Below are positions 1 to 14,595 of a DNA stretch of 64,000 bases, piece after piece (position 1 is the stretch's first letter; each line of letters opens with the position of its first letter). Where the stretch lies: assembly GCF_018977255.1 (NCBI RefSeq), contig NW_024704742.1, positions 63,366,001 through 63,430,000 on the forward strand, read 5' to 3'. Under the pieces are notes generated by a model that ran no database searches, was not told the origin of the DNA, and saw nothing but the letters and a program-made list of their open reading frames with translations. Source of the stretch: Callorhinchus milii. Lineage: Eukaryota. The translations under genes were made by a program, and so were the position numbers.

Positions 1-750
1 AACTGGCAAAGAGGGTATTTGAAAAGTCGAGTCGGGAAGTGACGAATGCATGGATGAGTGTTTTGGCTGTGTCTGGGGTAAGGTACAGTCAGAGGCGGCA
101 ATGTGGCGGAAGTGGAGGAAGGTGGTCCTGGTCAGGGACAGGATGTGGGGAAAGAAGGACTGCTAGGGATTGAACCTGATGCCTCAGTTGTGCAACCGTT
201 CAGTGAGTCTGAGGGATAGGCCGGGGAGGTTGAGGAGGTCAGAGCCGCAGGATAGAAGATGTTGTTGGGAGCCAATGAGTAGAGCTTCCGTCTTGTCAAC
301 ATTTAGTTGCAGGAAGTTTTCGCTTATCCAGGCCCTGATGTCCGCCAGCAAAGCTAGGAGAATATCGGAATGCCTGGAGTTGCAGCTGGAGGAGGAGAAG
401 TAGATTTGTGAAAAGCACTATATCAAATGCAAGTTTTTTTTTATATTATGTGAAAGTTTACCCCGTAACTGCGATGACATCACCAAGAGAAAGCATATAG
501 ATGAGGAAGAGAAGGGGCCAAGTATGGAGCCCCAGGGTACACCACAGGTGACCGGGCTAGAAAAAACATTTAAAGAGACAAAGTGAAGGGGGTTTGTTAA
601 GGAGGACTCAAACTAGGCTAGGGCGGTCCTACTAGGGTGGATGAGGAGGAGAGGCAGTGGATGAGGTACAGGAGGCTGAGGAGGCAGAGGGCGCCCTGGT
701 CACAGAGAGAGAGGACGTCATTTGTGACCTTGACAAGCGACAGTGGGAGG
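1..750 (-). mobile_element. L2 LINE RT fragment with a SINE tail inserted at ~408-445
   Basis: Reverse strand reads NFLQLNVDKTEALLIGS and GVPWGSILGPLLFLIYML. Confidence 0.85.
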
Positions 751-1409
751 GAAGTGACTTTCATTATCAATAACCCGAGTAAAGGAACAAGATGTCAGCA
801 AAGTAAAAGATGTGCTCTTGAGAGGAGTTAGGTTTTTATATGAATGGGAGGAAAAATATCTTATTAATTATAATGGGATTAATAGCATTTTTGCCATGAT
901 TAGATTTATGGAATTCATTTATGTTCACAAGATCATAAGATTGGTTCATAGCTCATCCTTCCAGAACACAAAACCCCCACTGTCCTCCTACCACAGAATA
1001 CTGCAAATGTTACTCCATTGCTTAACTTCAATAACACTTACTGATTCCATAACAATAATAATTATGATTCCATAATTTAGTTCCATTTTTACAACTAAAA
1101 GAACAGTCATTATTGGTAATAATTTCTAATTTCACAGGAATGTAAAAGATTAATGTATTAATTGAAACATTAATTGCACATAAAATGGCAGCATGGTTAT
1201 ACAATGAAGATAATATAACATAATGTTATAACACATAGATTAATAGTAGTACTTTAAATCAAAGAAACGCTAACATAATTTACAGAATACCTGTAATGCC
1301 ATAACATTAAGATGCCATAATATGATTTTATAATACAGTATGAAGATTAGCAGAAGGCTATCAAATGAAAATGCTGTAACCTACCCTGAAGATTGCCAGT
1401 AACATTTTA

Positions 1410-1720
1410 AGATGTGAGGGTTTTAAAGGTTTGTGCCTTTGGTGACAAATTACCTCACTGGATTGAAAACAGGAAGAAAAACACTTTAGGATACATCAGG
1501 GCAGTAGAGCAAAAGGACATTGTGTTTAGAGTGGCAAATGGCAATTTCAGGACAGACAGCAGGAAGGGATTCTTTACTCAGATTGCAATTAACAACTGGA
1601 ACAGGTTGCCTGGAAAGATAGTTGAGGTCAGGACATTGGTCTCATTTAAAAAGCAGGTTGATGTTGTGATGGGAGAGGGGGATGGTAGAGTGGGTGTTCT
1701 GGAATTAGGACCTGAGGACT
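1410..1720 (+). mobile_element. CR1 3' fragment; similar relics at ~14700-15150, 41000-41170, 45480-45730, 43447-43620(-), 60800-61110
   Basis: FRTDSRKGFFTQIAINNWNRLP...SFKKQVD matches the CR1 ORF2 C-terminus seen at 61758-62309. Confidence 0.8.
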
Positions 1721-3775
1721 CTTCAACCAGTATCACAATACACCAAATTTATTAAAGGTCAAGTGGAATATAGATACAAGCAATGTAGTCTTGCCCCCCC
1801 TCCCCCCCCCCACCCACTCTCCCCTTCTTCAAGTCACGACTGAAAACCTTGCTTATGGCCGGCCACCTCCCTCCCCCCCCACTCCCCTCCCACCCAGCTC
1901 GGAGTCAGGCTCTGCCACCGTTAAGCACCCTGCGCACAGCATGAGATAATTTTCATCTTAACAGAAATAAATTAGTTGAAGCTCTGTGCAAGTTCCTGAG
2001 AAGAGCAGAAAAGCAACTGGTAGCAGCCTGCTGTCAACATGGCTCAGGGCTTACATAAATGAATAATTAAAATGGAAACCTAAGAATAAAAAAATATTTT
2101 ATCAACTCCCTGATACACTGAAACAAAGAAGAAAAGGCAGGGTGTAAACCATTGATGTCTTGCAGACTAATGCTAGATGAAATTTCAGGCCTTAAGGTTC
2201 CAAACCTGAAATGAGACAGGAAAGATTTTTTTAAAAACTCAAGATATGAAATAAAAACAAGTCAACGCGCAACTTACAGAAAACAAAAGAACAGATTAGT
2301 GTTTTGGGTTTTTCTTCAAATATTAATCTGTTTCCCTTGCTGATTGCTTGTTGTGCCTCAACTAATCACAACTCCAAGCTGGTGGGAGGTCAACAGGAAA
2401 ATACGCTTCAGATCAAACCAATGTGCTGAAGTTGAGGGTAGGGCTTGAGTGAGGGGGGTGTCATTCCCAAACCCACTGATATTGAAGATTATTTTGGATC
2501 ACAACCTGTAGCCAGTGAGTAATTTAACACCTTAAAGTAGTCTGTTCGCCTACAAAACACACTGTAACTACACTTAACAGTAAATCCTGTGAAATACTTT
2601 GAGATGTCCTCTTGACATGAAAGGCATTATATCAAATGTATGGATTATTATTATTAATTAAGGAAACAGAATGTGTTTAGCAATACCACCATGTTTCCCT
2701 CCATCTCCTTTCCTATGGTCCAAAAAAATGTTGCCTGGTAACTAATGTTCATATTAACAAATAAACAAGATTTTTTGGTATCAGACCATTGTGTGATACT
2801 CTCTAGAGCTCTCTTTGCAAACCCTGCTTTCTCTTTCCCTCACTCTAGGCTTTCAATCCGTCTAAAAACCTACCACTTTGACCTTGCTTTCACCCACCTC
2901 TCCTTTCTCCCTCCCATCTCAAGATCCCACTCAGTCTCTGTAAAGTACTTTGAGATATTCTCTCTATATGAAAGGCGCTGTGTAAGTTTAAATTGGTGTC
3001 GCTGTTTCCCTGTTGTAATATAACAAGGACTGCCTCTGTAATTACATCAAATAATAATTTACTGGGGACAAACAGACTTAGTATTCAGAAACCTGAAAGA
3101 ATCAATACTTAGTTGAATTGGGCTGACTAAAACTATGATTTGCTTGCATTGCACTCAGATTACTTTGATCACTGTAATTTAAGGTGCTACAATGAGGAAT
3201 TCAGATGTCATACCAAAAGGAATAATACATGCCAGAAAAACAATCATCTCGAGTGTGTGCTCGGTCAAACAAGATCAAACGCATTTTGAACAAACCTTTC
3301 CAGTTTACCTAGAAGCGGGATACACTGAAGAAATAGTTTAAACAAGTAAACAGATCTGGGCCTGAATCATTTTACAAGTTCAGCCTTAGGGAAGAGAATG
3401 AAACTTGTTCTAAATTAAATTAAAAAAAGGTTGAATGTTTGAGAATCTAATTATCAATTGTTATAAGTTGCAACAATAATCTCAGTCGTACAAGGAATAA
3501 ACTGAAATAGTCTCATTCCAAATTTACACATGTCCCTAATTGGAAGTGTTACCTAGAATTGCATATAGTACATATGGCACGGAAATAGGCCATTCAGCCC
3601 AACTAGTCCGTGCTGGTGTTTATACCCCACATTAGCCTCCATAACGCATTTTTCCCTCTCTTATACCCTCCATTCCCTTCTCTCTCCTGTATGCAACAAG
3701 GTTCCTCTTAAATGCCCAACAATCCATCCCAGATAAAATCAGTCATCATTTCATCCCTGTTTGGAGGATGTTTAT

Positions 3776-4103
3776 GGAGTCCTGTAGCTCAGTGGTTAGA
3801 GCACTAACTTTGCAAGCGAGAGACCTGAGTTCAATTCTAGGCAGGGCGAAACCTTGGGCAAGTTTCCTTACTCCACACTCCTAATAATAATCCCTCCAAA
3901 ACCAAAAACAATAATAAATTGGTCATTTTCAATCTACGACTGTTTGTGGGACACTGCTGTGCGCAATTGGCTGCCGCGTTCGCCCACAAATATACAGTCA
4001 ATTCACTTTACAGTGTGTTCTGTGAAACGCTTTGGGACGTCCTCTTGATGTGAAAAGCGCTATATCAAATGCAAGGATTATTATTATTATTATTATTATT
4101 ATT
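3776..4103 (+). mobile_element. tRNA-derived SINE, full length, L2-type tail
   Basis: A box TAGCTCAGTGG, B box GAGTTCAATTC, (TTA)n tail. Confidence 0.92.
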
Positions 4104-7100
4104 ATGCTGCTGTGCACAAATTAGCAGTTGCATTCACCTGCACAGTCACTAAACTTTGAAGTATGTGCTGTTAAGCACTTTCAGATGTCAAATGCAAGGG
4201 TGATTTATTAATAAACACTCTCACCACCCTCTGTGGGAAGTTCCTCCTAAACTATTAGATCTATGAGCAGCTAACCTTACATTTATGAGCACTTACTATT
4301 TTGAGGAAAAGTGGAAACAGTCTTATTGAATTGATAGTGATTCTGCTTAACTAGATGTCAATAAGTCAAGGAATGTTTACTTCCCTCCCTGAAGAATATT
4401 GCATTATCATATTACAATATTATAAATAATGTTGATAATATTTATTATCAGTTCTATTATTATAAATTTACTTTCAGCATCTTAGCATATCCTTTTTCTG
4501 CTGAAAACTTTTTTTGGGGGGGAAAACAGAGACCAGAAACTTCTCCCTGAAGATCTGGCAGATCATGGGTTAAATTATAGCCTTTAAGTTTCCGGGTCTG
4601 TAATTTTTAGAGATTTCTAACCGAAAAATCTGATCTTCCAAATTCCGAATCAAATTATTCAGCACTAATGGACATAATGTGTAATAGCTCTGGACTACTA
4701 GAAGCACTCTACATGAGAGAAGTTAAAAGGAGTCAGCCTAAAGCAATTTATATTGAAATATGCCTTAATCAAATTACTACTTACAATATGAAATATAATT
4801 AAGTGGCACACATGCTGCCTACAGACATATCCTACAAAACCCTCCACACCTTGTTCCACCATGCCTCCTTTATCTCTACTGTTTTGCATGCTCCCTTTGC
4901 TCATGAAGGGTGCTGTGTAAATGAAAAACATGCAAACAAAATGAAAAACATGCAAACATCATGCTGCTTCATATCTCCTCCCTAACTGCCCCACAATTAG
5001 CTTTCAGCCATTTCCCCCCCGCTCGCTGGAATTCCATCCCAGGGTTCCTCCAAGTAGCTCCCTCCCTCCTTCCCTACTCTCACCCTGTCTTGAGACCTAC
5101 CATTTTACCATGCTTTCAGTCACCATTCCCCTCCCAAGCAGCTTCAGCTCCCATCCCCAGCTTGGGTGCCCAGCTAGCAGTAGTAAACACTGTTGAGATG
5201 TTCTCCCAACATGAAAGGCACTAAAAAATGTTTATTGTATTGTACTGTATAAATAAATCACCCCCTTTCTGGGGGTGATAATCTCTTTAAAAAATGTGGT
5301 TATTTAATCCACGACTGTTTGTGGATCACTGCTGTGCACAATTGGCTGCCATGTTTTGCCCACAAAATATACAGCCAATTCACTTTACAGTATATTCTGT
5401 GAAGCGCTTAAGACATCTCAAAGACGTGATATGCTGCTATATCAAATGCAAGGATTATTATTATTATAAAAAAACAACAAAAAACTTTTCATTAATTTCA
5501 GGGCAAATTACTTTCTCCAGGTCCACATTGGAGTATTTCTACCCAAGCCTCTGATTTCTATTTATGATGAATGGCTAAACTTGTTCAAAAGCTCTGTGCA
5601 CTCACTACCCATCCAGATTGTTGCTTTGTAGAGTTACTTTTTTCGGGAGGAGAGGAGATTTTAGTGCTCTTTGCCAATTCCTGAAAGCATTACTTCAAAT
5701 AAGAGAAAGAGCGCAATAAGGAATAGAATAAATTTTATCTCATTGAGTCTAACTATAAGGTTTGTACCATTAACCTCAGCTGCGTTCCACAGTTATTCAT
5801 TTCATGGGCAACTTTATTGTGTGTCACTGCACTGAATGTAAAGAGAGCTTCCTTAGTCCAGGCTTGAAATAGTTTTGTTTTCTCTTATGACAACTATCAA
5901 GGACAGAATAGAAGCACAAGGTAAATCTAAGCCAATTAGCGATAATGCACTTTCAGCCACTACCCAACCAAGCTTTGGAGTTCTCTCTTCCAATCTCTCC
6001 ACCTTGCCCCTGCCCCCTTCCCCTCTTTTAGATCATGACTGAAGACTTTCTTCTTTGACCACGATTAAAGTCACTTTCTTCTTCCCCGGGGCCAGCCTCC
6101 ATCACTGTTAAGTGCTCCAAGATGCTGCCCCGCATATAAATGCAAGTTGTTGTTATTGACAGACCAGCCAGCCTGGTAGCAAGACTTGGAGGGCCAGACT
6201 AGTGTCAGGGCAACGATTCCCCTATGTGATTCCTAAGCCAACTCTGCAAACGGATAGGATAGTCCTAGCTAGACCAGCAGCAGGAATCTTGCCAGAGAGT
6301 GATGAAACTACTAGAGCTTCACAAGTTTTTACTGTAATCCGCACTGGTTGTGTATTTAGGTAGCTAATTTGTCACTAACAGCCAAATGAGTAATCAATTT
6401 TATCTGGAGAATTGTTGGTTAGGACATTGGGAGAAACTCCCTTGTCATTTCGAGCAGAGCCATAGGATATTCAACATCTACCTGAACAGGTGGAAACTCG
6501 GTTTAACATCTCCTCCAAAGGACAGCAATTCCAACGATACAGCACACACATAGCATTGAAATGTAAAGCTTGAACCCACAACCAACTGACTCAGAGGTGA
6601 GAGTGATATCAATTGAGCCAAGCCAACATTTATAAGTACATTTTATAAGCAATTAATCCAACAACACACTGAAATTGTTGATTCAGAAACAATACATGTA
6701 TAACCTGATGAGTGTGGCATATATAGAACCAAACAGTACATATGAGCAGGAAGATAAGGTGCATAAGCTGTTAACTTGAGCTTCGAAAAGCAAAGAATTT
6801 CAAAGCAAATAAATATCAAATGCAGGCACAAAAATGAGAGAAATGAAATACCATTCTCCTGTACCGATAAGGAATTTTGAAAATTCTCTCAAGGAATTTA
6901 TGAATCAGAAAGTTAGATTTTCAAGAGCTGAATAGACAAAACTTGCTGAATTAAATAAACTAGCCCAGGGTGAAAGAAGAACTTTGAGAAAAAAATAATG
7001 GAGATAAACATTATACTCAACAGTAAGTATAAAGATGGCAGGGAAATTATAGAAGCATGAATTCTACATTTTGTATTTAAAAATGTTCAAGGATAGAGGG

Positions 7101-10029
7101 CAATTTTCTACTGATATATAAATTTATAATTTTAGTGGCAAGGACTTGACAATGATTTCCCTTTTCCTCCAAAACTGGACTCCCTCAATGTTGGCAGAAA
7201 ATTACTCCTCAGAATGAAAAAGTATTTTAAAAGGAATGAGTAGCATATTTGAGTACTCACCGAGCAAGTGAGAGGACCCGGATGCAATTCCAGGGCAGGG
7301 CGAAACCTTAGACATCTTTAGTAGTCGATTGGCGGATTGCTTTCTGGGGATAACAATCCTTTCAAAAAATAAATGAATAATAATTTAGCCATTCAATCCA
7401 TACCTTTAGCAGGGTACTGATGTATGCAATTGGCTGCCGTGTTTCACCCACAAAATGCAGTCAATTCATTTTGCAGTATATTGCAGTATATTATTCTGTG
7501 AAGCACTTTGAGACGTCTTAGCGACAACGTGATAAGGCTCTGCATCAAATGCAAGGATTATTATTTTTATTTATATTTGAAATGGGGAGATTTTCCAATG
7601 AGCTCACAGTCCAGGCTGATGCATGCCCAGCTCAGGTGGCCGGTCGGCAGCACCAAGCCCTATGAGACACCTCCTGACGAACAAATTGCTACATAAATGT
7701 AAATTGTATTGTAATTTCAGTAAAATGCTGATAGCTCAACCCTGGTTTAACTTGTCATCATCATTTAAATCATCATGCTGGCTGCATTTATTTATGTATT
7801 TATAAATATGCCTAACTCGCCACTCCAGATAACTCGTCACTAAGCCTTTTCCTTTGGAGTTATCACAAGTTTCCTGTATATTGTAACACTCACTCAGATA
7901 GAACAAACTGGATGGACATATACATCTTCCATTTGATATTCTTTTCAAAAATAATTTTAATAATGTCTTGTAATGCCTACAATTTTGAAGACAAGCACAG
8001 CAGCCAATCTGCATTAAATAATGTCCTACAAACAGCCATGAAATTGATGACCAATTTAACTGGAGGATTGCTGGCCAGGACACAGGGAATAAGAACCTTC
8101 TGTTTCCCAATAGCAAAATGGGATTTTTAGTACTTGTATGAAGAATGTGCAAATGGGACCTCAGTTTAATGTCTCCATTGAAAAGTCTGCACCATCTGAC
8201 ATTGTAGCACTCCTCCAGTATTGCAGTGGAGCATCATTCTGGACTGTGAGCTCAACTCTCAACATGGGGTTTACCAACCAGAGAATGCTAAATAATACTA
8301 ATAATAATCAGTTGGCTGTGGGTTCAAGCTCTATGTTGTATTTGGTATAGCGCCTTATCACATCTTTGAGACATCTCAAAGCGCTTTACAGAATATACTG
8401 TAAAGTGAATTGACTGTGTATTTTGTGGGTGAAACCCGTCAGCCAATTGTGCACAGCAGTGTCCTACAAACAGTCGTAAAAATGTTTTAAAAAAGGATTA
8501 TTATCCCCGGAAAAGCAATCCGCCAATTGACTAACAACTGGGTTCGTACTTACTGCTAGGTAAACAGAGGCGTATAAACAGAGGTGCCTCATAGATTTAA
8601 TCATACATTTAAAACGTTGCTATTTGATATTAGAATAAAAAATTGTCTTCCAAATATATCCATTCCTTTCTTTAAGCAGTCTTTTTCTGGTCCTATTACA
8701 TTTGATAGCATTTGCTATGAATTTTCTTTGTTATTTATTGAGGTGTTAGAAAGATATATTTGTAATTTTCCTTTTTGTTATACCTCACTTTGTTCAGACA
8801 AACTGGAACTCTGATGGTTCTGCTCTAGCTGAACTCCTTCAGAGGTCACTGATTAGCTTCAAAGTCTTTTCACAAGATAAACCCTGGCACCATTGCCTTT
8901 CCATTTTAACAAGTTAATTACATTGCTATCAGATTCGCCTGCCAGAAACATCCAATGCTGACAGCATTTCATGTTAAATTATTCTGAGCTGAAAGGTGGC
9001 ATTGATTAGACTATTCCTCTGGATCAACAGGGTGACTATCAGGATGCAAATCCTGAGTTCCGGGTTGAAATCAAAATATATTTAGTGATAGAAGGGATGT
9101 GGCAAATTGTGCTCAGCACAGCCGCCTGTTTCTATAAAGTGCATGAACTGTCCAAATTATTCACGCTGACGTACATTTGAGTGATATGGATGGGGGTGTA
9201 GATGTACTGGCGTCTCATACATCATACTTTAATGAATAAGAATAAGGCACATTAGTGTGCGTTTTAGCACAAGGCAATTTGTTGTTTTATCTGCCAGTAG
9301 GAATCGCAAGCCATTACAATGCATGGGAATAAACAGGCTTCATATTCATTAATGCTATCAGGGTCCACCTGAATAGAAGGATTGCCTGAGGTGTCAAAGA
9401 GGTTAAAACCAGCCTGAGCTCTGTTGTTTATAAATGAGTTTGATGTCCGAAGCTCTACGCCGATCATGTTGACAGGATAAGGATGAACTGAGAATGTGGT
9501 TGACCTTCTAAGGTTTGCGATAATGTTGCATTATAAATAGCAGCTAATTAGATTCATGCTTATCCTTTTTTTTCTACAATGACTGCCAGACTGAAATGAA
9601 CAAATACTACATGAGATACAGTTATTTCTGTAGTGATAGAGATGTTGGGCTGTGAGCACAGGAAGCAAAGGTGGAGTCCTGTAGTGTATTTGTTAGAGCA
9701 CTCGCCTCACAGGTAAGAAGACCCAGGTTTGATTCCCAGGCAGGGTGAAATCTTAGGTAAGTTTCCTCACTCCACAAGCCTCTGTTTACCTAGCAAAAAG
9801 TAGGAGCCCAGATGGCAGATCACTTTCCAGGGGTAATAATCCCTTCAAAATAATAATAATAATTTGGTCGCTCAATCTGCGAGTATTTGTGGGTCACTGC
9901 TGTGCTCAATTGGCTATCATATTTCACCCATCAAATATAGTCAATACTCTTTACAACAACAACTTGCACTTATATAGCACCCTCCACGTAGGGTAGTGCC
10001 TCAGAGCGCTTAAATATTTTCTGTAAAGC

Positions 10030-10545
10030 GCTTTGAAATGCCTCTGCAAAACCTCTGCAGCTCATGTCCTCTCCTATACCAGGTTCCATGACCCTATCAC
10101 CCCCACCGTCGCACGGCTCCACTGGCTCCCCACCCCAGAGAATAGAGTTTCAAAATCCTCGTCATCGCCTTCAAAGCCCTCCACAGCCTTGCTCCTCTCT
10201 ACCTCTGTGACCTGCTAACTCCATATCGGCCTGTCCGCTCCCTCCGCTGAACAGGTCCCCCTGTTTCAAGTCCCCCACTTGCCCCTCCCCACCATTGGCG
10301 ATCAAGCCTTCAGACTCGCTGCCTCCACCCTTTGGAACTCCATCCTACAGTTCCTTTCCCTCACTCACTACCTTGCCTCCTTCAAGGCTCATCTCAAGAC
10401 CTTCCTCTTCAACCATGCCTTCGGTCACCCTCCGTGCCCTCCACCCCTCCTGATCCCAGCCCCCAGCTCGAGTCCAAATCCATGACTGTCGAATGCCTTG
10501 GGATGCCCAACCGCGCTGAACAAATGTAATTTGTTGTTGTTGTCT
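10030..10545 (+). mobile_element. L2 3' fragment inserted in a SINE
   Basis: ITPTVARLHWLP motif and (TTG)n tail. Confidence 0.85.
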
Positions 10546-13500
10546 TGACTACATGATAAGTCGCTATATCAATTGCAAGGATTATAAAAAATATTTTAGT
10601 AATCGAAAGGTACTAGAAGAAACTGTATAAATACACATTGACTGGTCAAACATAGTTAAATTACATTTTTTTACTTGAATAAATAAGATCTATCTAGATA
10701 ATTTATTTATTGTTTTACAGTAGGCTAACTCTGAAGAGAAGTAATCTATTATTTGGCAAATTCTGGGATAATTTGTTGAAAAGGCTCAGAAATCCTTCCA
10801 TACAGGAATTGTTATTTGAGTCTGACATGTGACAGGTGTACAAGATAATGAACTGCTCGCTGCCAAACGAATGATGGACCAAGATATTGTACAATGGTCT
10901 TCAGTTGTCAGCCCCTCTTTCTGAAGCTGAAACTGTATGAGAATGTGAATCCCATTATAAGTGTGTCTTCTACTGTGTTGGACACTTCTGTTGAGTCACA
11001 TATATCCAGAAAGAGAAATACAACTCATTGAACACTGCTTCTGAGTACATCCAAACCATTTATGTTTCCTAAGAAGCCTTCATCTTTAAGCCTTGTTAGG
11101 TATTGCCATTTGTGTGTCAATGGCGTAAAACAATTCTATGTCAAGTCCTCAATGGATTGATAAGTTGAAGGTCGGTGCTAATGTTGAATTGTGAGGCTTT
11201 ATTTTGAACTTGACCTTGGTTTTTCACATCCAAGCTCATCAGGTTCCAATTCTGCCACTGATTTCCATGACAAAGCGATCCATGTATCATATCCATTGTT
11301 TATATGCATGAGTTACACAGATGTATTGCTACTGCATCTAGACGATTGTTCCCGTGCCAACTTTATTTGTTTGTCAGCATGTTATTATGCTCAGGTTAAT
11401 ATGTATCGCATTATAAGGTTGATTCCTGTAGCCCAGATATTGTGCATGCTGCACAGGAGCCCAATGATAATGTAGGAATCCATAAAATCCCAACCTGCAC
11501 TATACTGAGGCACGATAACAGAGCATGCACACACCTAGCTGGCTTTCTCCTTAAAATGGTCTATTTCTGGGTCATCGTGTTCACCTCAACATGATGTCCT
11601 GCTTTGCGCATCAAACAGGAAATGACATAAAAGTGACTTAATGACCCGGAGTCGTCTATTTTAGTGTGAAAGAGTTCCAGTACACAGATGCAAGCAGTTG
11701 TGCACAAGTACAGAGAATGGAGTCCACACTGTAACTGAAAGAAGCTTGTTATAACAGTAACTGTAATTAGCTGAACTCTTTGGACTATACCTCTATTCTC
11801 TGCAACTCCCTGCTTCAGTCTCTCTGATTCTCCTCCTCTTTATCTACCTTTAAATTGCACCTTAAGACCTATCTCTTTGACTGTACCTATGGTCACCTCC
11901 CACTTCCCCCTTGTTCAGTGCCCAGTCCCACCATTGTGAAATGCTCCATGGTGCTATCCTGAAGGGCACTGTATAAATTCATGTTGCTGTTGCCTTCAGT
12001 TGACCTAGTCACATTTCCTGCAACACATTGCTTCGAATGAATCCGGGACAACGTGGGTGGGTTGTTAGAGAATATCCAAATTTGAACATCCAATTTTGAA
12101 TATTCTGCCTATGTTTCTCTTGGTGGCAAATTCAAGTGATTTTCAATTTAGCCAAATGGCCCATTTGCACGGGCTTTCAAAGCAAGTTGTTTGTTCAATT
12201 CCACTGCCCTGCCTAATCCCCGTACTATTATGCTTCAGTGTAAATGGTGCCTGTTTTGTGTGAGAAATTATTGTAGCCCAAAATTAATCTATTAATCCTC
12301 GCTGCCTCATCTTTGTAATTGCTCCAGTTTTGCTCCAGTGCCATCAGATTTCTTTCGGAAATATCACTTGGCCACATTTTTTTTGTTATGAGCTCAGAAC
12401 ATACGTGAGATGAGATCTTGCAAATGTGTCTCGATGTGCATTGAGAATAATTTACTTGCAAAGCAAATGAATTTGTCGGGTGCATAGAAATCCCAAATCT
12501 ACTTTGTAATGTTAAGGAGTTTCATGCTGTCACCTTCTATACCCGAATGAACTCATCTTGGCTGCAATCATTTCTCACACAAAACAGGGACCATTTTCAC
12601 TGAAGCAAAGTTTTATACGCAAACACGTTAAGTCAATTGTTTTTTTTTGAAAATGGGCCTCAAAGTGATTCTTGCATGAAACAAGACCCATTCCAAGCTG
12701 GAAAATGGACAAATAGAACAACCTTCAGACTGTAGAATGCTTCTGACAAACTGTTCACATCAAGCGTGAATGCTAAGGCAAAATCACAAACCACAGTTGA
12801 TATTAAAATCATAGATTTTTTGCAATTTACAGGAGAATGGGGTTCATTCAGACCATTGAGTCTGCACCAACCCTCAGGGCAAGCTGTCCATTCAATCCTA
12901 CTGCCCTGCTTTATCCCTATATCTCATTCAAACCTCCAACTTTCATATATCTGTCTAAAGCACTCACCTCACAAGCGAGTTTCATTCTGGGCAAGAAACC
13001 TTAGGCAAGTTTTCTTACTCCACACGCCTCTGTTCACCTAGCCATAAGTAGGAACCTGGCTGTTAGTCAATTAGTGAATCATTTTCTGGGGATAATAATC
13101 CCTCCAAAAAAAATAATCATTTGGTCAATCCACAACTGTTTGAGGGACACTGCTGTGCACAATTGGCTGCCGCGTTTTGCTCACAAAATTCACAGTCACT
13201 ACACTTTACAACACCAACAAAATTGCATTTGTAAAGCACCTTTCATGTTGGGAGGACGTCTCAAGGCACTGAGCATTTACAGTATATTCTGTGAAGTGCT
13301 TTGAGACTTCTCAATGACATGACATAAAAAGTCACTATATCAAATGCAAGGTTATTATTAATATCACTTCCCTATTGAAACCCACAATGGATTGTGCCTC
13401 TGTTACTTTACTTGACAGGACGTTCCAAATCCCAACAGCTCTCTGGGTAAAACATTGATAGTTGATAGTGAAGCCCATTCAATTCTGCAAAAGCTATTTG

Positions 13501-14277
13501 AGCCAGTATGAAAAAGGTGTTTAGAACAAGGGTTACTTTTTAAACCAGGATTTGGAGTTAATCCCTGCATGAAGTGCTCCTGCACCACTTTCTCTCTTAT
13601 TCATGATGCATGCTTTAATTAAACTCACCAAGAGATTAAAATCTTCAAGTGTTTCTCTTTCAACTTAATTCTCTTGCAGTAAGAAAATCATTACTATGGT
13701 ACACTTCTGTTTGATAAAGATGTTCACTGTAACCTGTTGAACAGCTTCCCCAAGGCCTAATAGATAAAGATATTAAAACAACAATGACTTGTTTATATAT
13801 AGCTTCCCTCATCCAAGGTAGTATTCCAGAGCGCTTATTACCCAACAGAGCATAAGACAAGACATCCTGAAAGGAGGCAAGTTCAATTCCTGTGGGTATT
13901 ATAATTGGCTGCAGAGCCCCTGAGTTAGGAAGGTGCTTGATTTCTGACAACAGGTCCCTCTGTAAAAATCCTTTTGATCACTTAACATCCAAACTTCACT
14001 TACCACCGCTGCAGTTTTTCAATGGTTTCTGATTTACTTACCCTTTTGAAACTCAGGTCAAATGAACACCTCAAAGTTGCCGTACGCCAACGGAAACAAT
14101 TGTATATAACTTCCATATATTAGGAGAGCAAATGTGTTTTCAATTATTTTATGCATGACAAATACTGTCAATTATTAACCAAATTCAAGGCCCATTGAAG
14201 TTTAAGAATTTTTTGTGTTAACGTAGTACCTGTTAAGCAGTTTCAACTACCAAGCAGTTCACAGTATCTCACAGTAT

Positions 14278-14595
14278 GGAGTCCTGTGGCTCAGTGGTTA
14301 GAGCACTCGCTTTGCAAGCGAGAGACCTGAGTTCAATTCCAGGCAGAGGGCGAAACCTTGGGCAAGTTTCCTTACTCCACACGCCTAATAATAATCCCTC
14401 CAAAAACCAAAAACAATAATAAATTGGTCATTTTCAATCTACGACTGTTTGTGGGACATTGCTGTGCGCAATTGGCTGCCGCGTTTGCCCACAAATATAC
14501 AGTCAATTCACTTTACAGTGTGTTCTGTGAAGCGCTTTGGGACGTCCTCCTGACGTGAAAAACGCTATATCAAATACAAGGATTATTATTATTAT
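14278..14595 (+). mobile_element. tRNA-derived SINE, full length
   Basis: Near-identical to 3776-4103. Confidence 0.92.

Noticed and set aside
3776..3850. tRNA genes at SINE heads
   Set aside because: Each continues into the SINE body and L2-like tail; these are SINE promoters, not tRNA genes.
11191..11475. PrimPol/AEP-like motif (RLYFELDL...DVLLLHLD)
   Set aside because: Superficial resemblance only. The catalytic DxE and SxH motifs are not matched and spacing to motif III is wrong; it would need an HMM hit to revive.
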